Source: Candidatus Kaiserbacteria bacterium (GTDB lineage: Bacteria; Patescibacteriota; Minisyncoccia; Phycocordibacterales; UBA918). From it: a DNA stretch of 62,826 nt. The position numbers and the translations under genes were made by a program. Positions 16,756 to 26,439 of the stretch are shown here, piece by piece; within the stretch, counting starts at the first letter, position 1; each line of letters begins with the position of its first letter. The notes beneath the pieces were generated by a model. It was not told the origin of the DNA and did not search any database. It was given only the letters and a program-made list of their open reading frames with translations. The stretch covers positions 1-62,826 of the forward strand of contig JAGQMJ010000001.1 in the NCBI GenBank assembly GCA_020428685.1, written 5' to 3'.

Positions 16756-18165
16756 ATGGATTATTTTTTCACACTACTAAAAAAGAGCTTGGTACTAACA
16801 GTTTTTATAATATTCGGCTTTGTTGCTACCTACATCCCTCAACCCTACAACCAAGTAGAGACCGTCGAGGCCGGAGGAATGACGGGGGGATCGACTGAGC
16901 CAACACAGATACTAAATCAAATACAATTAGGATTTGTTAATATCGCAGCCACAGCTTCAGCTGCTTATGACAAAATCTCAGCTTTTGCTTCAAATAATCT
17001 TGCCATTAAGGAGCTTCAACTCGACGGTATCGGTTGGGCTATCGCCAAAGGCATCGTATCTTCCATGGTCCAAAGCATCATTAGTTGGATAAACTCCGGC
17101 TTTCAAGGTAGTCCCGCTTTTGTGACCAACCTAGAAGGATTTTTGATAAATGCGGCCGATCAAGCGGTTGGCGAGTACATTGCTGACCTTGGTGCACTCG
17201 GGTCGTTTATATGTTCGCCTTTTAGGCTAGATGTACAAATATCTGTCGCTCTCCAATACGACCGCATACGAGGCAACGGTCAACCAGCTCCGACCTGTAC
17301 GCTTTCTGGGGTACTAAGCAACCTTGAAGGTTTTATATCTGGTGATTTTACCCAAGGCGGTTGGGAAGGGTGGTTTGATATCACTGCTACCCCAGAAACT
17401 TACACCCCTTATGGATCAGTTCTAGCGGCTCAGTCTGGAGCCAGAGCAAGAATAATTAATGCTCAAGGTGAAGAGCTTAAACTTTTAGATTTTGGTGACG
17501 GATTCTTGTCTGGCGAGATCTGTGAAGTCGTCCATGGAGCCGCCAGCCCACGAGAAGAATGTTTCATTTCTAAGCCCGGTAAAATTATCGAGGAAGCTCT
17601 GTCATTCAATTTAGATACTGGGAGACAATCGTTGATAGAAGCCGATGAAATAAATGAGGTCATTTCAGCCCTACTTGGTCAGCTTGCCAATACAGCCCTC
17701 ACAGGAGCTGCTGGTCTACTAGGTCTTTCTGGTGGAACTGGTCACACCTACAGCGGCTTCAACGGAGGCTCTTACATCAACCAGCTCCAGGCCGAAGGCA
17801 CTGGTGGTATCAACCCAGCTGAATCGAGAGCCCTACTGACTGATTCACTAGCCGATCAACAACGACTGGAAGCGCTAATACGAACTTACCAACCAGCCTT
17901 ACTAGCTTACGGCAGCAACCCAACCGTCCACGCCCAAAGGAGAGCCGGAGCGATTGACGCTTATAATGAAACTTTTGATTTGCAGACAGACGTAGCCATC
18001 AGTATCCCCGCTCTCCAAAACATGATTATAAAGTTTGACGCAGCAGTCTTGGCGGAAGACTTCGATACTCAGGCCGCCATCATGTCTGACTACATCACCT
18101 TGGTACTGTATGCTGAAGCCAGCATAGATGCCTATGAATCCAAGTGGAAGACCACCCTCAGATAG
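16756..18165 (+). CDS. Signal-anchored envelope protein, family unknown (T4SS-like cluster)
   Basis: 469 aa with an N-terminal TM (LVLTVFIIFGFVATYI). It starts 10 nt after the previous gene. Confidence 0.55.
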   Translation: MDYFFTLLKKSLVLTVFIIFGFVATYIPQPYNQVETVEAGGMTGGSTEPTQILNQIQLGFVNIAATASAAYDKISAFASNNLAIKELQLDGIGWAIAKGIVSSMVQSIISWINSGFQGSPAFVTNLEGFLINAADQAVGEYIADLGALGSFICSPFRLDVQISVALQYDRIRGNGQPAPTCTLSGVLSNLEGFISGDFTQGGWEGWFDITATPETYTPYGSVLAAQSGARARIINAQGEELKLLDFGDGFLSGEICEVVHGAASPREECFISKPGKIIEEALSFNLDTGRQSLIEADEINEVISALLGQLANTALTGAAGLLGLSGGTGHTYSGFNGGSYINQLQAEGTGGINPAESRALLTDSLADQQRLEALIRTYQPALLAYGSNPTVHAQRRAGAIDAYNETFDLQTDVAISIPALQNMIIKFDAAVLAEDFDTQAAIMSDYITLVLYAEASIDAYESKWKTTLR

Positions 18166-18180
18166 CGACCAAAAACAATT

Positions 18181-20466
18181 ATGAACGTTCAAAAAAAACA
18201 CCTACAAATACTCCTACTCATACTGCCAGTTTTTCTGCTGACACCTAGCTTTGCCTTTGCAGATGTTTATGGTGGTGTACAAGAATTGATCTGGAGTTTT
18301 GTAAACAACTTTTTTGGACTACTGGCCGGATGGGGTGGACTACTCCTAAACGCAGGTGTAACAAGCTTCGTAGTTGGCTTTGGTGACTCATTTCTCAATA
18401 GTGGAGTAGGGGTGGTAGTGGACAAATTGTGGGTCAACGTCAGAGACATCTTCAACCTCACCTTCATCTTTGGCTTAGTTTATATCGGCTTCAAAATGAT
18501 ACTCGATAGTGACGACTCCAGTACTCGCAAGTGGTTAATCAATCTTATCCTAGCAGCCTTACTAGTAAACTTCAGTCTTTACATCACTAAGTTTGTGGTA
18601 GACCTTACCAACATTCTCGCCAGCCAAATCGCCACCCAAGGCTTTGTTACAGACGCTTCTAAAGGAGTGCTAGTCTCAGACACATTCATGTCACACCTTG
18701 GACTCCCTTCTATTTGGGGAGGAGATGGTTCATCTAGTTTGCCAAAAAATCTACAGGGGACTAGCGGCGCCTGGGGTTACATTATGGGTACTGCTATCCT
18801 TTTTATGGTCGCCGCCTTTGTATTTGCTGCTGGAGGAATCCTACTTATTATTCGCTACGCTGTACTTTGTGTTTACATGGTACTTTCACCTCTCATGTTC
18901 CTCGGCTGGGTTTTCCCAAGCCTACAGAGCAAATCATCAGAATACTGGAAAGGCTTTCTCGGACGTGCCTTTTTCGCACCCGCCTACTTACTATTAATCT
19001 ACTTCGCTAGTCAAATAATCGCTGGTTTTTACGGTACAGGCGGTTCACAAAAGAAGGTTGATTTCCAGGGCTCCATGTCAGGAAGTGGCGACACTATCGC
19101 CGGCACTTTCTCAGCCACCATACCACCGTTTATTTTGTCTTGTGTCTTCTTGATTGCGGCTCTAGTGGTCGGAACAAAACTCGGCGCCAACGGCGCAGAC
19201 ACTGCCCTCAAAATGGGTAACAACCTCCGCGGCAGAGTCCAGAGAGGTGTCGGGGCAGCAGCTGGTGGAGCCACTTTTGGGGCTGGCGCCTGGGCAATGA
19301 GAAATACTGTTGGAGCTCAAGCTTACAAAATGAGTCAGGATGAGAAGTGGAAAGCTCGAGCCAGTCGCACATACCTAGGTAAAAAATTCTTCCAGTCTAC
19401 CCAAGCTGTGGCTGGGGCTAGTTTTGACGCTAGAAATGTTGGCGGTGTAGGGAAAAATCTCTCTATTGGCCAAGGCAAGAAGGGTGGTTACGCCAAGCAT
19501 ATTGATGATACAGTCAAAGCCAACCAGAAATTTGTCGAATCTATCAAGACCAATGCCGACCTTTCTAATCCAGAGACTCAGGCAGCCATCGCAGTTGATG
19601 CAGCCAAGATCGCAGCTGAAGCAAACGCTGCAACACCAGCTCTAAAGGCAAGACAGGACCGCCTAAACAAGAACCAAGAAATCTTAAAGAAGAGCGATAT
19701 CGAAGCTACCGCCGAACTAACAAGCGACATTCAGGATCTAGACGCATCTATCGCTAGCCTCACTCAAGAACTCAGCGGAAACAACCTAACTTCAGATGAA
19801 AGAAAGGAGAAGGAGAGGATGCTAGCCGAGGATACTGGTAGCAAACTAGCCAATACTGAATCACTAGCAATTGTTAAGGAGCGTGCAGCTGAGAGAGCTA
19901 AGGTAGCTGATATAGAAGCCAAGGGTGACAGTGCTTCAACAGCCGAAAGACAGGCACTCGAGGACAGTAAGAAGCGTGTAGCGGCCATTGAACAAAAGTT
20001 TACCAATGTTCAAGCTACTGCAGCCGTACAGCTCAAAACTATGGAGGACAAGGCGAAGAACGCTCACAAGGAGGCTGAGGCTAAGGTTAAGTACGCAAAT
20101 GAAATTGCCTACATGGAATACCTGGCAAAGACTCAAAGCAAGTGGAGCGATATGACAAACCAAGCTTCTGCAGGTATTGCAGGTAGCGGCGCGGGATCAG
20201 CTTCCGGAATCGCAGCCGGGCTTGGTGGTGCAGCCGCGGTTGGCACCATGGGTGCTGCTGGCATCCTAGCCATTTCTGCTATGAATGAAAGATCCGATGT
20301 ATACAAGGCTATGCACGCTGATATGGTAAAGAAGTATGGTGTTAATGGAATGAAGGGGATGGAGAATGAAGCTAATGCTGCCATGGCACGCACCATTGCA
20401 CAACAGCTTATAGAACAGGGCGGTGCCAACACAGTCCCTCCAGCTCCAGCACCAGCTAGCGAATAA
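18181..20466 (+). CDS. TrbL/VirB6-like polytopic membrane protein with a long Ala/Lys/Glu coiled-coil and Gly/Ala-rich tail
   Basis: 761 aa with a signal peptide and about 7 TM helices in the first 340 aa. The following roughly 300 aa are coiled coil, with an AGSGAGSASGIAAGLGGAAAVG segment. Confidence 0.5.
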   Translation: MNVQKKHLQILLLILPVFLLTPSFAFADVYGGVQELIWSFVNNFFGLLAGWGGLLLNAGVTSFVVGFGDSFLNSGVGVVVDKLWVNVRDIFNLTFIFGLVYIGFKMILDSDDSSTRKWLINLILAALLVNFSLYITKFVVDLTNILASQIATQGFVTDASKGVLVSDTFMSHLGLPSIWGGDGSSSLPKNLQGTSGAWGYIMGTAILFMVAAFVFAAGGILLIIRYAVLCVYMVLSPLMFLGWVFPSLQSKSSEYWKGFLGRAFFAPAYLLLIYFASQIIAGFYGTGGSQKKVDFQGSMSGSGDTIAGTFSATIPPFILSCVFLIAALVVGTKLGANGADTALKMGNNLRGRVQRGVGAAAGGATFGAGAWAMRNTVGAQAYKMSQDEKWKARASRTYLGKKFFQSTQAVAGASFDARNVGGVGKNLSIGQGKKGGYAKHIDDTVKANQKFVESIKTNADLSNPETQAAIAVDAAKIAAEANAATPALKARQDRLNKNQEILKKSDIEATAELTSDIQDLDASIASLTQELSGNNLTSDERKEKERMLAEDTGSKLANTESLAIVKERAAERAKVADIEAKGDSASTAERQALEDSKKRVAAIEQKFTNVQATAAVQLKTMEDKAKNAHKEAEAKVKYANEIAYMEYLAKTQSKWSDMTNQASAGIAGSGAGSASGIAAGLGGAAAVGTMGAAGILAISAMNERSDVYKAMHADMVKKYGVNGMKGMENEANAAMARTIAQQLIEQGGANTVPPAPAPASE

Positions 20467-20470
20467 TCAT

Positions 20471-21037
20471 ATGATTGACACAACAATATTAGACAGAATA
20501 AAGATACTTAATCCTGATTATGCAAAGCTAATCAAAAGTGATTTTGCTGATAAAGCAGCTGAGCGCTTCCGAGACATATTAAAACTAAACCCTAGCCAAA
20601 CTGCCGCTTTAAGCAATGGAATATCATTATACTTACTGGTTTTCATTAGCTTAGATGAGTTGGTCACTTTCATTTCTAGGGAGTGTGAACTATCAGTTGA
20701 TGAGTCTACCTTGGTTGCCAGTGCTATTCTTTCCGCACTTCCAGAAGATTTTGACACCCAACATCAAGCCGCTTTAGGAGAACTTCGGCCCACAGAATCA
20801 CCAATAGAACCTCCGACCACAACAACCACTCCAGTTTCGACTCCCGTTCCGACACCGGCCCCAACCCCTGTCCCAAAACCACCAGTTGTTCAGCCTGAAA
20901 TCTCAAAAGAAATCGCCGAAACAGAATCTGCCTTGAAGGCAATTCCACACATTCGCACCATGGCGAGAGATATAGATGCCAATAAAGACAACACTCCCAC
21001 TTACTCATCAAGCCAAGACTCAATCCTAAAACGCTAG
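20471..21037 (+). CDS. Small protein with a Pro/Thr-rich linker and a C-terminal HIRTMARDIDA motif (T4SS-like cluster)
   Basis: ATG at 20471, 4 nt after the VirB6-like stop. It has a PPTTTTTPVSTPVPTPAPTPVPKPP linker. Confidence 0.5.
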   Translation: MIDTTILDRIKILNPDYAKLIKSDFADKAAERFRDILKLNPSQTAALSNGISLYLLVFISLDELVTFISRECELSVDESTLVASAILSALPEDFDTQHQAALGELRPTESPIEPPTTTTTPVSTPVPTPAPTPVPKPPVVQPEISKEIAETESALKAIPHIRTMARDIDANKDNTPTYSSSQDSILKR

Positions 21038-21113
21038 ATTATTATTCAAAGTTCGCCCGAACTATGAATAATTCAACCAACTTTTGCATCACCACCATGT
21101 ATAATGGTGGTGT

Positions 21114-21542
21114 ATGCGTTTTGAAGTTCCTCAATTCATCGAAATCGAAGATAAGATATTTGGTCCGCTGACCTGGCGACAATTTTTATATCTCAGTGGG
21201 GGAGTGGGATTTTCTGTAGTGATGTTTTTCACAGTTCCACTTATTGTCTTTGTAATATTCGGCCTACCTCTGGCCGCTCTAGCTGGCGCCCTTTCATTCT
21301 ACCCAGTCAACAACCGACCTTTTTCATATTTTTTAGAAGCGATTGTAAAATATTTATCAAGCCAGAGACTCTACCTGTGGCGACAGCAGTCAGACATTGT
21401 GCACAGAGCCTCCGCACCAGCCAAGCCAAGCGAGAACGGCCACGGACTCTCTAGTACCGCCACCAAGACCAGAACCGCAAAAGGGAACATCACATCTTTA
21501 GCCAGAAAATTAGAATTACAAGCCTTACAAAAAAGCGAATAA
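21114..21542 (+). CDS. PrgI/TcpE-like (VirB3-analogue) two-TM protein
   Basis: MRFEVPQFIEIEDKIFGPLTWRQFLYL followed by two adjacent TM helices. It sits directly upstream of the VirB4 module. Confidence 0.6.
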   Translation: MRFEVPQFIEIEDKIFGPLTWRQFLYLSGGVGFSVVMFFTVPLIVFVIFGLPLAALAGALSFYPVNNRPFSYFLEAIVKYLSSQRLYLWRQQSDIVHRASAPAKPSENGHGLSSTATKTRTAKGNITSLARKLELQALQKSE

Positions 21543-21543
21543 T

Positions 21544-22185
21544 ATGCCAAAAGCGCAAGGAATATCACAAGACTTTGTATCTATCCGAGATATAAAAGAC
21601 AACGTAGTCATCCAAAAGAACGGTCAAATGTCTATGGTTGTTCTGGCTTCTTCAGTCAACTTCGCCTTAAAATCTCTAGATGAGCAAAAAGCTATCTTGA
21701 TGCAGTTCCAACAATTTTTAAACACCCTAGACTTCTCATTACAGATATATGTTCAATCAAGAAAACTAAATATCGAACCATACCTAGATGTCTTATCCGG
21801 CCTAGAGGTAAAGCAAGACAATGACCTGATGCGAATCCAGCTTCGTGAATACATGGAGTTTATCCGCACCTTCACAGAAGACATCGATGTGATGAGTAAG
21901 AATTTCTTCGTGGTAATCCCTTATTCTCCAGCCAAAATCAATATCACAAAGGGCATCACAGATATTTTTACCGGCACCACTAAGACATCAAATCTTCCAA
22001 CCGAGGCTCGCTTCGAAGAGCACCGAGTTCAGCTTGAGCAGAGGGTAGGTATGGTGACAGAAGGACTAGCTCGGGTCGGAGTCCGTACTGTCACCCTACA
22101 AAAGGATGACTTGGTGGAACTTTTCTACCACCTATACAACCCAGCAGACGCAACCGGATCAGCCCCTTTAGTCGATAACGCCTAA
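21544..22185 (+). CDS. Stand-alone protein resembling the N-terminal domain of Gram-positive VirB4/ConE/TcpF ATPases
   Basis: QDFVSIRDIKDNVVIQKNGQMSMVVLASSVNFALKSLDEQKAILMQFQQFLNTLDFSLQIYVQSRKLNIEPYL matches the remembered N-terminal pattern of those ATPases. No P-loop is present. Confidence 0.4.
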   Translation: MPKAQGISQDFVSIRDIKDNVVIQKNGQMSMVVLASSVNFALKSLDEQKAILMQFQQFLNTLDFSLQIYVQSRKLNIEPYLDVLSGLEVKQDNDLMRIQLREYMEFIRTFTEDIDVMSKNFFVVIPYSPAKINITKGITDIFTGTTKTSNLPTEARFEEHRVQLEQRVGMVTEGLARVGVRTVTLQKDDLVELFYHLYNPADATGSAPLVDNA

Positions 22186-22194
22186 CAAAATATC

Positions 22195-24006
22195 ATGGCA
22201 CTTCTTGATTTTCTACAACCACAAAACAACAAAGCAGGCGGAGGCGGTGACAACAACCCGTCACTCAGCAATCAACTCCTGACTCTCACAGACGTTATCG
22301 CCCCGTCAGCTATCAATATCAGCCCGCGCAGCATAAACATCAGCGGTGTAAACGCTCGTGTCTACTATGCGGTTTCTTACCCACGCTTTTTGAACGACGG
22401 ATGGATGGAGCCAGTTCTAAACTTGGCCAAGGAGATTGATGTATCGATTTTTATTCATCCTATCGACACTGCCGAGACCCTCAAGAAATTCCAAAAGAAA
22501 GTAGCCGAAGTACAAAGCCAGATTAATGTAAAAGCAGATAGGGGAGAAGTGCGTGACCCTCAACTAGAAGCTGCCTATCGAAACCTAGAGGACCTACGAG
22601 ACAAACTCCAGCAAGCTGAGGAAAAACTTTTCAATGTTGGATTTTATCTCACTATCTACGGAGAGAGTGAAGCAGAAATAAACAAAGTTGAAAATGATAT
22701 TCGAGGTATTTTAGATGCGCGTATGGTGGCGATGAAGCCTGCCTTGTTCCAACAAGAGCAAGGACTTAAGAGTGTTCTGCCGCTTTCAAACGACGAACTT
22801 TTGGTTCACAGTAAATTCAACTCCGAGCCGCTTTCAAGTTTTTTCCCATTCACATCTTTCGACCTTACTTCAGACACTGGAATCCTTTACGGCATCAACC
22901 GTCACAATTCTTCTTTGGTGCTTTTCGACCGCTACAGCCTAACCAACTACAACTCAGTCACCTTTGCTACATCGGGGGCAGGGAAGTCATACGGATTGAA
23001 GCTTGAGATTCTTCGTTCACTTATGTTTGGTACTGAAGTTATCGTACTTGACCCTGAGCGAGAGTATGAGTACCTAGCCGAGGCTACTGGCGGAAGATTT
23101 TTCAATATTTCTCTTTCTTCCAACCACCACATCAACCCGTTTGATCTTCCACCACCAGGCGATGATGAGGATCCGCGCGATGTACTACGCACTCACATCA
23201 TTGAAATGGTTGGACTATTCCGCTTGATGCTTGGCGGACTATCGGCAGAAGAAGAAACCCTTATCGATCTCGCCATCCAAGAAACCTACGCCCTCAAGGA
23301 TATTACCGGTGACACAGATTTTACCGACATGGAGCCGCCCCTACTGACAGACTTCGAAATGGTACTAGCAGGAATGGACGGCAGCTCTTCGCTCATCACC
23401 AGACTCCAGAAGTACACTTCTGGGACCTGGTCTGGCTTCATGAACCAACCAACCAACGTAGATATCAATCAAAAATTCGTCGTGTTCTCACTCCGAGACA
23501 TGGAGGACGAACTAAAGACCATCGCCATGTACATCATCACCAACTTCATTTGGGGTAGTGTACGACGACGCTTGGCCAAGCGCCTGATGGTGATTGATGA
23601 AGCCTGGTGGATGATGAAATCTGAAGACACCGCCTCTTTCCTATTTTCACTAGCTAAACGTGGCCGAAAATACTACCTTGGTATCGCCACTATTACCCAA
23701 GACGTAGACGACTTCTTACGCTCACCTTATGGAGTACCGATGATTACCAACTCATCAATCCAACTCCTGATGAAACAGTCTCCAACCGCTATAGACAATA
23801 TCCAGCGCACCTTCAACCTGACCGATGAAGAAAAATTTTTACTTCTCGAGTCTAGTGTAGGGGAGGGAATTTTCTTTGCTGGTCTAAAGCATGTCGCTAT
23901 AAAAATCATCGCCTCATACACCGAGGACCAAATCATCACCTCAGACCCATCCCAGCTTCTCCAAATCAAAAAAGCCCGAGAAGAACTTCAGGCTACTCGA
24001 GTGTAG
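22195..24006 (+). CDS. virB4: VirB4/TrbE-family type IV secretion ATPase
   Basis: 603 aa with an N-terminal VirB4-type domain (DVIAPSAINISPRSINISGVNARVYYAVSYPRFLNDGW). Walker A is FATSGAGKSYG and Walker B is RLMVIDEAWWMM, followed by ITQDVDDF. Confidence 0.85.
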   Translation: MALLDFLQPQNNKAGGGGDNNPSLSNQLLTLTDVIAPSAINISPRSINISGVNARVYYAVSYPRFLNDGWMEPVLNLAKEIDVSIFIHPIDTAETLKKFQKKVAEVQSQINVKADRGEVRDPQLEAAYRNLEDLRDKLQQAEEKLFNVGFYLTIYGESEAEINKVENDIRGILDARMVAMKPALFQQEQGLKSVLPLSNDELLVHSKFNSEPLSSFFPFTSFDLTSDTGILYGINRHNSSLVLFDRYSLTNYNSVTFATSGAGKSYGLKLEILRSLMFGTEVIVLDPEREYEYLAEATGGRFFNISLSSNHHINPFDLPPPGDDEDPRDVLRTHIIEMVGLFRLMLGGLSAEEETLIDLAIQETYALKDITGDTDFTDMEPPLLTDFEMVLAGMDGSSSLITRLQKYTSGTWSGFMNQPTNVDINQKFVVFSLRDMEDELKTIAMYIITNFIWGSVRRRLAKRLMVIDEAWWMMKSEDTASFLFSLAKRGRKYYLGIATITQDVDDFLRSPYGVPMITNSSIQLLMKQSPTAIDNIQRTFNLTDEEKFLLLESSVGEGIFFAGLKHVAIKIIASYTEDQIITSDPSQLLQIKKAREELQATRV

Positions 24007-24020
24007 TATACTTTTAGTAT

Positions 24021-24920
24021 ATGGCGGTGCCTCAACGAGCAGATGACCAATACCGAGGAGAACCTTCCAGCCAGCCGGCTCGGAGCGGTTTTTCTCGTAA
24101 GGGAAAGCCTGGGAAATTGAGTTCTGACAACATCCGCAATATCAGGACCTCCAACATGCCTGGTTCACCCAAAAACACAGAATTCGTCAGCGGCAAAAGA
24201 GATACCGCCACCAACTTCAACGCTGAATACGCCAAAAAAGGCATCCAGCCCACCTCTGCCAATGACCCAAGCTACCACCAACCAAAACCAGACCAAAACA
24301 TCCGCGCCGTTAAAACAACACACTATCAAAATCCTCGAATTGTCTCGAGAAAAAATTATTCAAAAATCAACCTACCGGGCGGCGGCAACTCCCTAGCTAA
24401 AGCTGCTTTTACTCGGGGCAAAGTCACCACCGTCAACGCCAGTATCCTGGCCGGCGGCATCAGCGCCTGGATGATGTTCCAGTTACCCTTCGCCATCCTG
24501 AGTATTATTTTATTCGGCGTGACTGGTTTCGTTGAGAGCCTAACCATATCAACTAATGCGAAAGCGGATGATAGAGGTCTTGTATCTTCAATGATAGAGG
24601 GCGTGGGGGAAGTTTTAGTAACAGTGCTGAGTTTTGTTGCTGAAAATGTATTGAAATTAGTAGGTATAGATATTGATATATTGAATCCAAGCCACCTATT
24701 CCTACTTTCTAACTCCATAGTCTTCTTCTTTGGCCTAGCGATGCTGCTGGTTATCTACTTTATCTATAAAATCGCTTTCCTTAATCCCTTATCTGGTAAA
24801 GCCGGGGGTATGAAAATGGGTGCTCTACTATTGTGTCTCATTGGCTATTGGTTTCCAGTTGCAAACCTCTTTCCTTGGTTTATCGTCTGGACGGTAGTGG
24901 TCTGGCTTCATCCAAAATAA
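24021..24920 (+). CDS. Membrane protein with a disordered basic N-terminal half and about 4 C-terminal TM helices (T4SS-like cluster)
   Basis: 299 aa; family unknown. It starts 14 nt after virB4. Confidence 0.5.
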   Translation: MAVPQRADDQYRGEPSSQPARSGFSRKGKPGKLSSDNIRNIRTSNMPGSPKNTEFVSGKRDTATNFNAEYAKKGIQPTSANDPSYHQPKPDQNIRAVKTTHYQNPRIVSRKNYSKINLPGGGNSLAKAAFTRGKVTTVNASILAGGISAWMMFQLPFAILSIILFGVTGFVESLTISTNAKADDRGLVSSMIEGVGEVLVTVLSFVAENVLKLVGIDIDILNPSHLFLLSNSIVFFFGLAMLLVIYFIYKIAFLNPLSGKAGGMKMGALLLCLIGYWFPVANLFPWFIVWTVVVWLHPK

Positions 24921-24927
24921 AAAACGA

Positions 24928-24954
24928 AGTCTGGGTAGTTTTCATACCCAGACT
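24928..24954. terminator. Hairpin between convergent genes
   Basis: AGTCTGGGTA-loop-TACCCAGACT. Confidence 0.6.
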
Positions 24955-24967
24955 CTCTTCCGTAAAC

Positions 24968-25282
24968 TCAAATTGATCCAGCAAAAGCAAAGCTGGCTCC
25001 TTGTGGAATTTCCGTTGTATCGACTACACGGTCGCTCCAACCATTTAATGAGCGCATACGCTCAATAGTCAGATTGCCACGGAAATGTTTGATTACAGCA
25101 CCTACGGTACCTCTGCTCGAATCGGTCTTCGTCATGCAGCGAAGCTTAGTTCCGCCATATTTATTACAGCGTGCAGTTGACGTATCAAACGGGCCAGCAG
25201 CTGCAGGCAAGGCTGGGGCAGAAGCGAACATCAGTGCTACCATCGCAGCCAGAGCTGCGGTCATGATTTTTTTGGTCTTCAT
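24968..25282 (-). CDS. Small secreted 2-Cys protein on the opposite strand inside the cluster
   Basis: ATG at 25282 preceded by GAGGAG; the track's start at 25297 is a TTG. Ala-rich signal peptide (MKTKKIMTAALAAMVALMFASAPALPAAAG). The C-terminal part is weakly LysM-like. Confidence 0.55.
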   Translation of the reverse strand: MKTKKIMTAALAAMVALMFASAPALPAAAGPFDTSTARCNKYGGTKLRCMTKTDSSRGTVGAVIKHFRGNLTIERMRSLNGWSDRVVDTTEIPQGASFAFAGSI

Positions 25283-25474
25283 GATGACTCTCCTCAATTA
25301 TTTAAATTGGAAATTTGTTTCCTTTTGTTGCGATTGAACATAGTGTCAGCTAGTGACACTCCCACTATTGTTTATACCACATTAGTAAAAACACGCAATA
25401 CCCACAAAACGTAATTTCCCACATTTAAAGGATATTAACCCTAAAATAATCCCTTGGTCTGCTATTATTATCGT

Positions 25475-26437
25475 ATGAGGAAACTATTTATATTTACATT
25501 TTTAATCAGCGGCTTTTTAGTCAATACTGCCTTCGCCCAAATCGGCTCATCTATTATCAACCCCGAGCTAAACATCGAACTACAACCAGAATTCCCAAGA
25601 CCAGGGGAAGTAGTGACCGCCACTCTAAATGACTACAGTGGTGGTACCTATGGTTCAAATGTCAGCTGGGTTTTAGATGGCCAAGTGGTTACCGAAGCCT
25701 TGAACCAACGCTCAACCCAATTCACCGCAGGTGCGGTCGGGGTGAACCAAAAAATTGAAGTAGTATTGAGTAAGCCTCAGGGAGGAAAGGAGGTACTCGA
25801 ACGAACAGTCAAGCCAGTGTATCTAGACATAGTAATCGAACCACAAACACGAGTACCAAATTTTTACCTAGGCCGCTCACTACCAAGTATCGGCAGCATT
25901 GTAAATGCGACAGCCCTAGTCAGCACAGACACCTTTATGGATCCTGATTTGGTTTACACTTGGAGACTCAACCAAACCGTACTTAACGGAGGACCAATCC
26001 GTGGTCTAAACCAAGTATCTTTTACTACCCCAAGAGGTGGTGAGATGGTGCTGTATCTACAAGTCACAGACACAAAAGGAAATGTGATAGTGAAGAGAGC
26101 TGTTTCTATACCTTCTGTCGAGCCGACACTGAAGTTTTATGAAGTGAATCAATTGTTTGGCACAAGTCACCGACCAATCGTAGGTAGCTTGGCACTAATA
26201 GGGAACAGTGTCACAGTACAAGCCGAACCATTCAACCTAGACTCTAGAGTCTACAACAACCCAGACTTGAGTGAGTGGAAGATAAACGGAGTTAATTCTG
26301 GAAATGTTGGTGGCAACCCGTATGAGGTTACCTTGCAGCGAGTTGGATTTTCTGGTTATTCAAACCTTCAGTTCCATGTTCGAGACACCACACAAGTATT
26401 ACAAGGCGCTAGAGATAGTATTCAAATAAACTTCTAA
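25475..26437 (+). CDS. Secreted beta-rich (Ig-like repeat?) protein, family unknown (T4SS-like cluster)
   Basis: Signal peptide MRKLFIFTFLISGFLVNTAFA. The V/T/N/G-rich composition suggests repeated beta-sandwich units. Confidence 0.5.
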   Translation: MRKLFIFTFLISGFLVNTAFAQIGSSIINPELNIELQPEFPRPGEVVTATLNDYSGGTYGSNVSWVLDGQVVTEALNQRSTQFTAGAVGVNQKIEVVLSKPQGGKEVLERTVKPVYLDIVIEPQTRVPNFYLGRSLPSIGSIVNATALVSTDTFMDPDLVYTWRLNQTVLNGGPIRGLNQVSFTTPRGGEMVLYLQVTDTKGNVIVKRAVSIPSVEPTLKFYEVNQLFGTSHRPIVGSLALIGNSVTVQAEPFNLDSRVYNNPDLSEWKINGVNSGNVGGNPYEVTLQRVGFSGYSNLQFHVRDTTQVLQGARDSIQINF

Positions 26438-26439
26438 TT

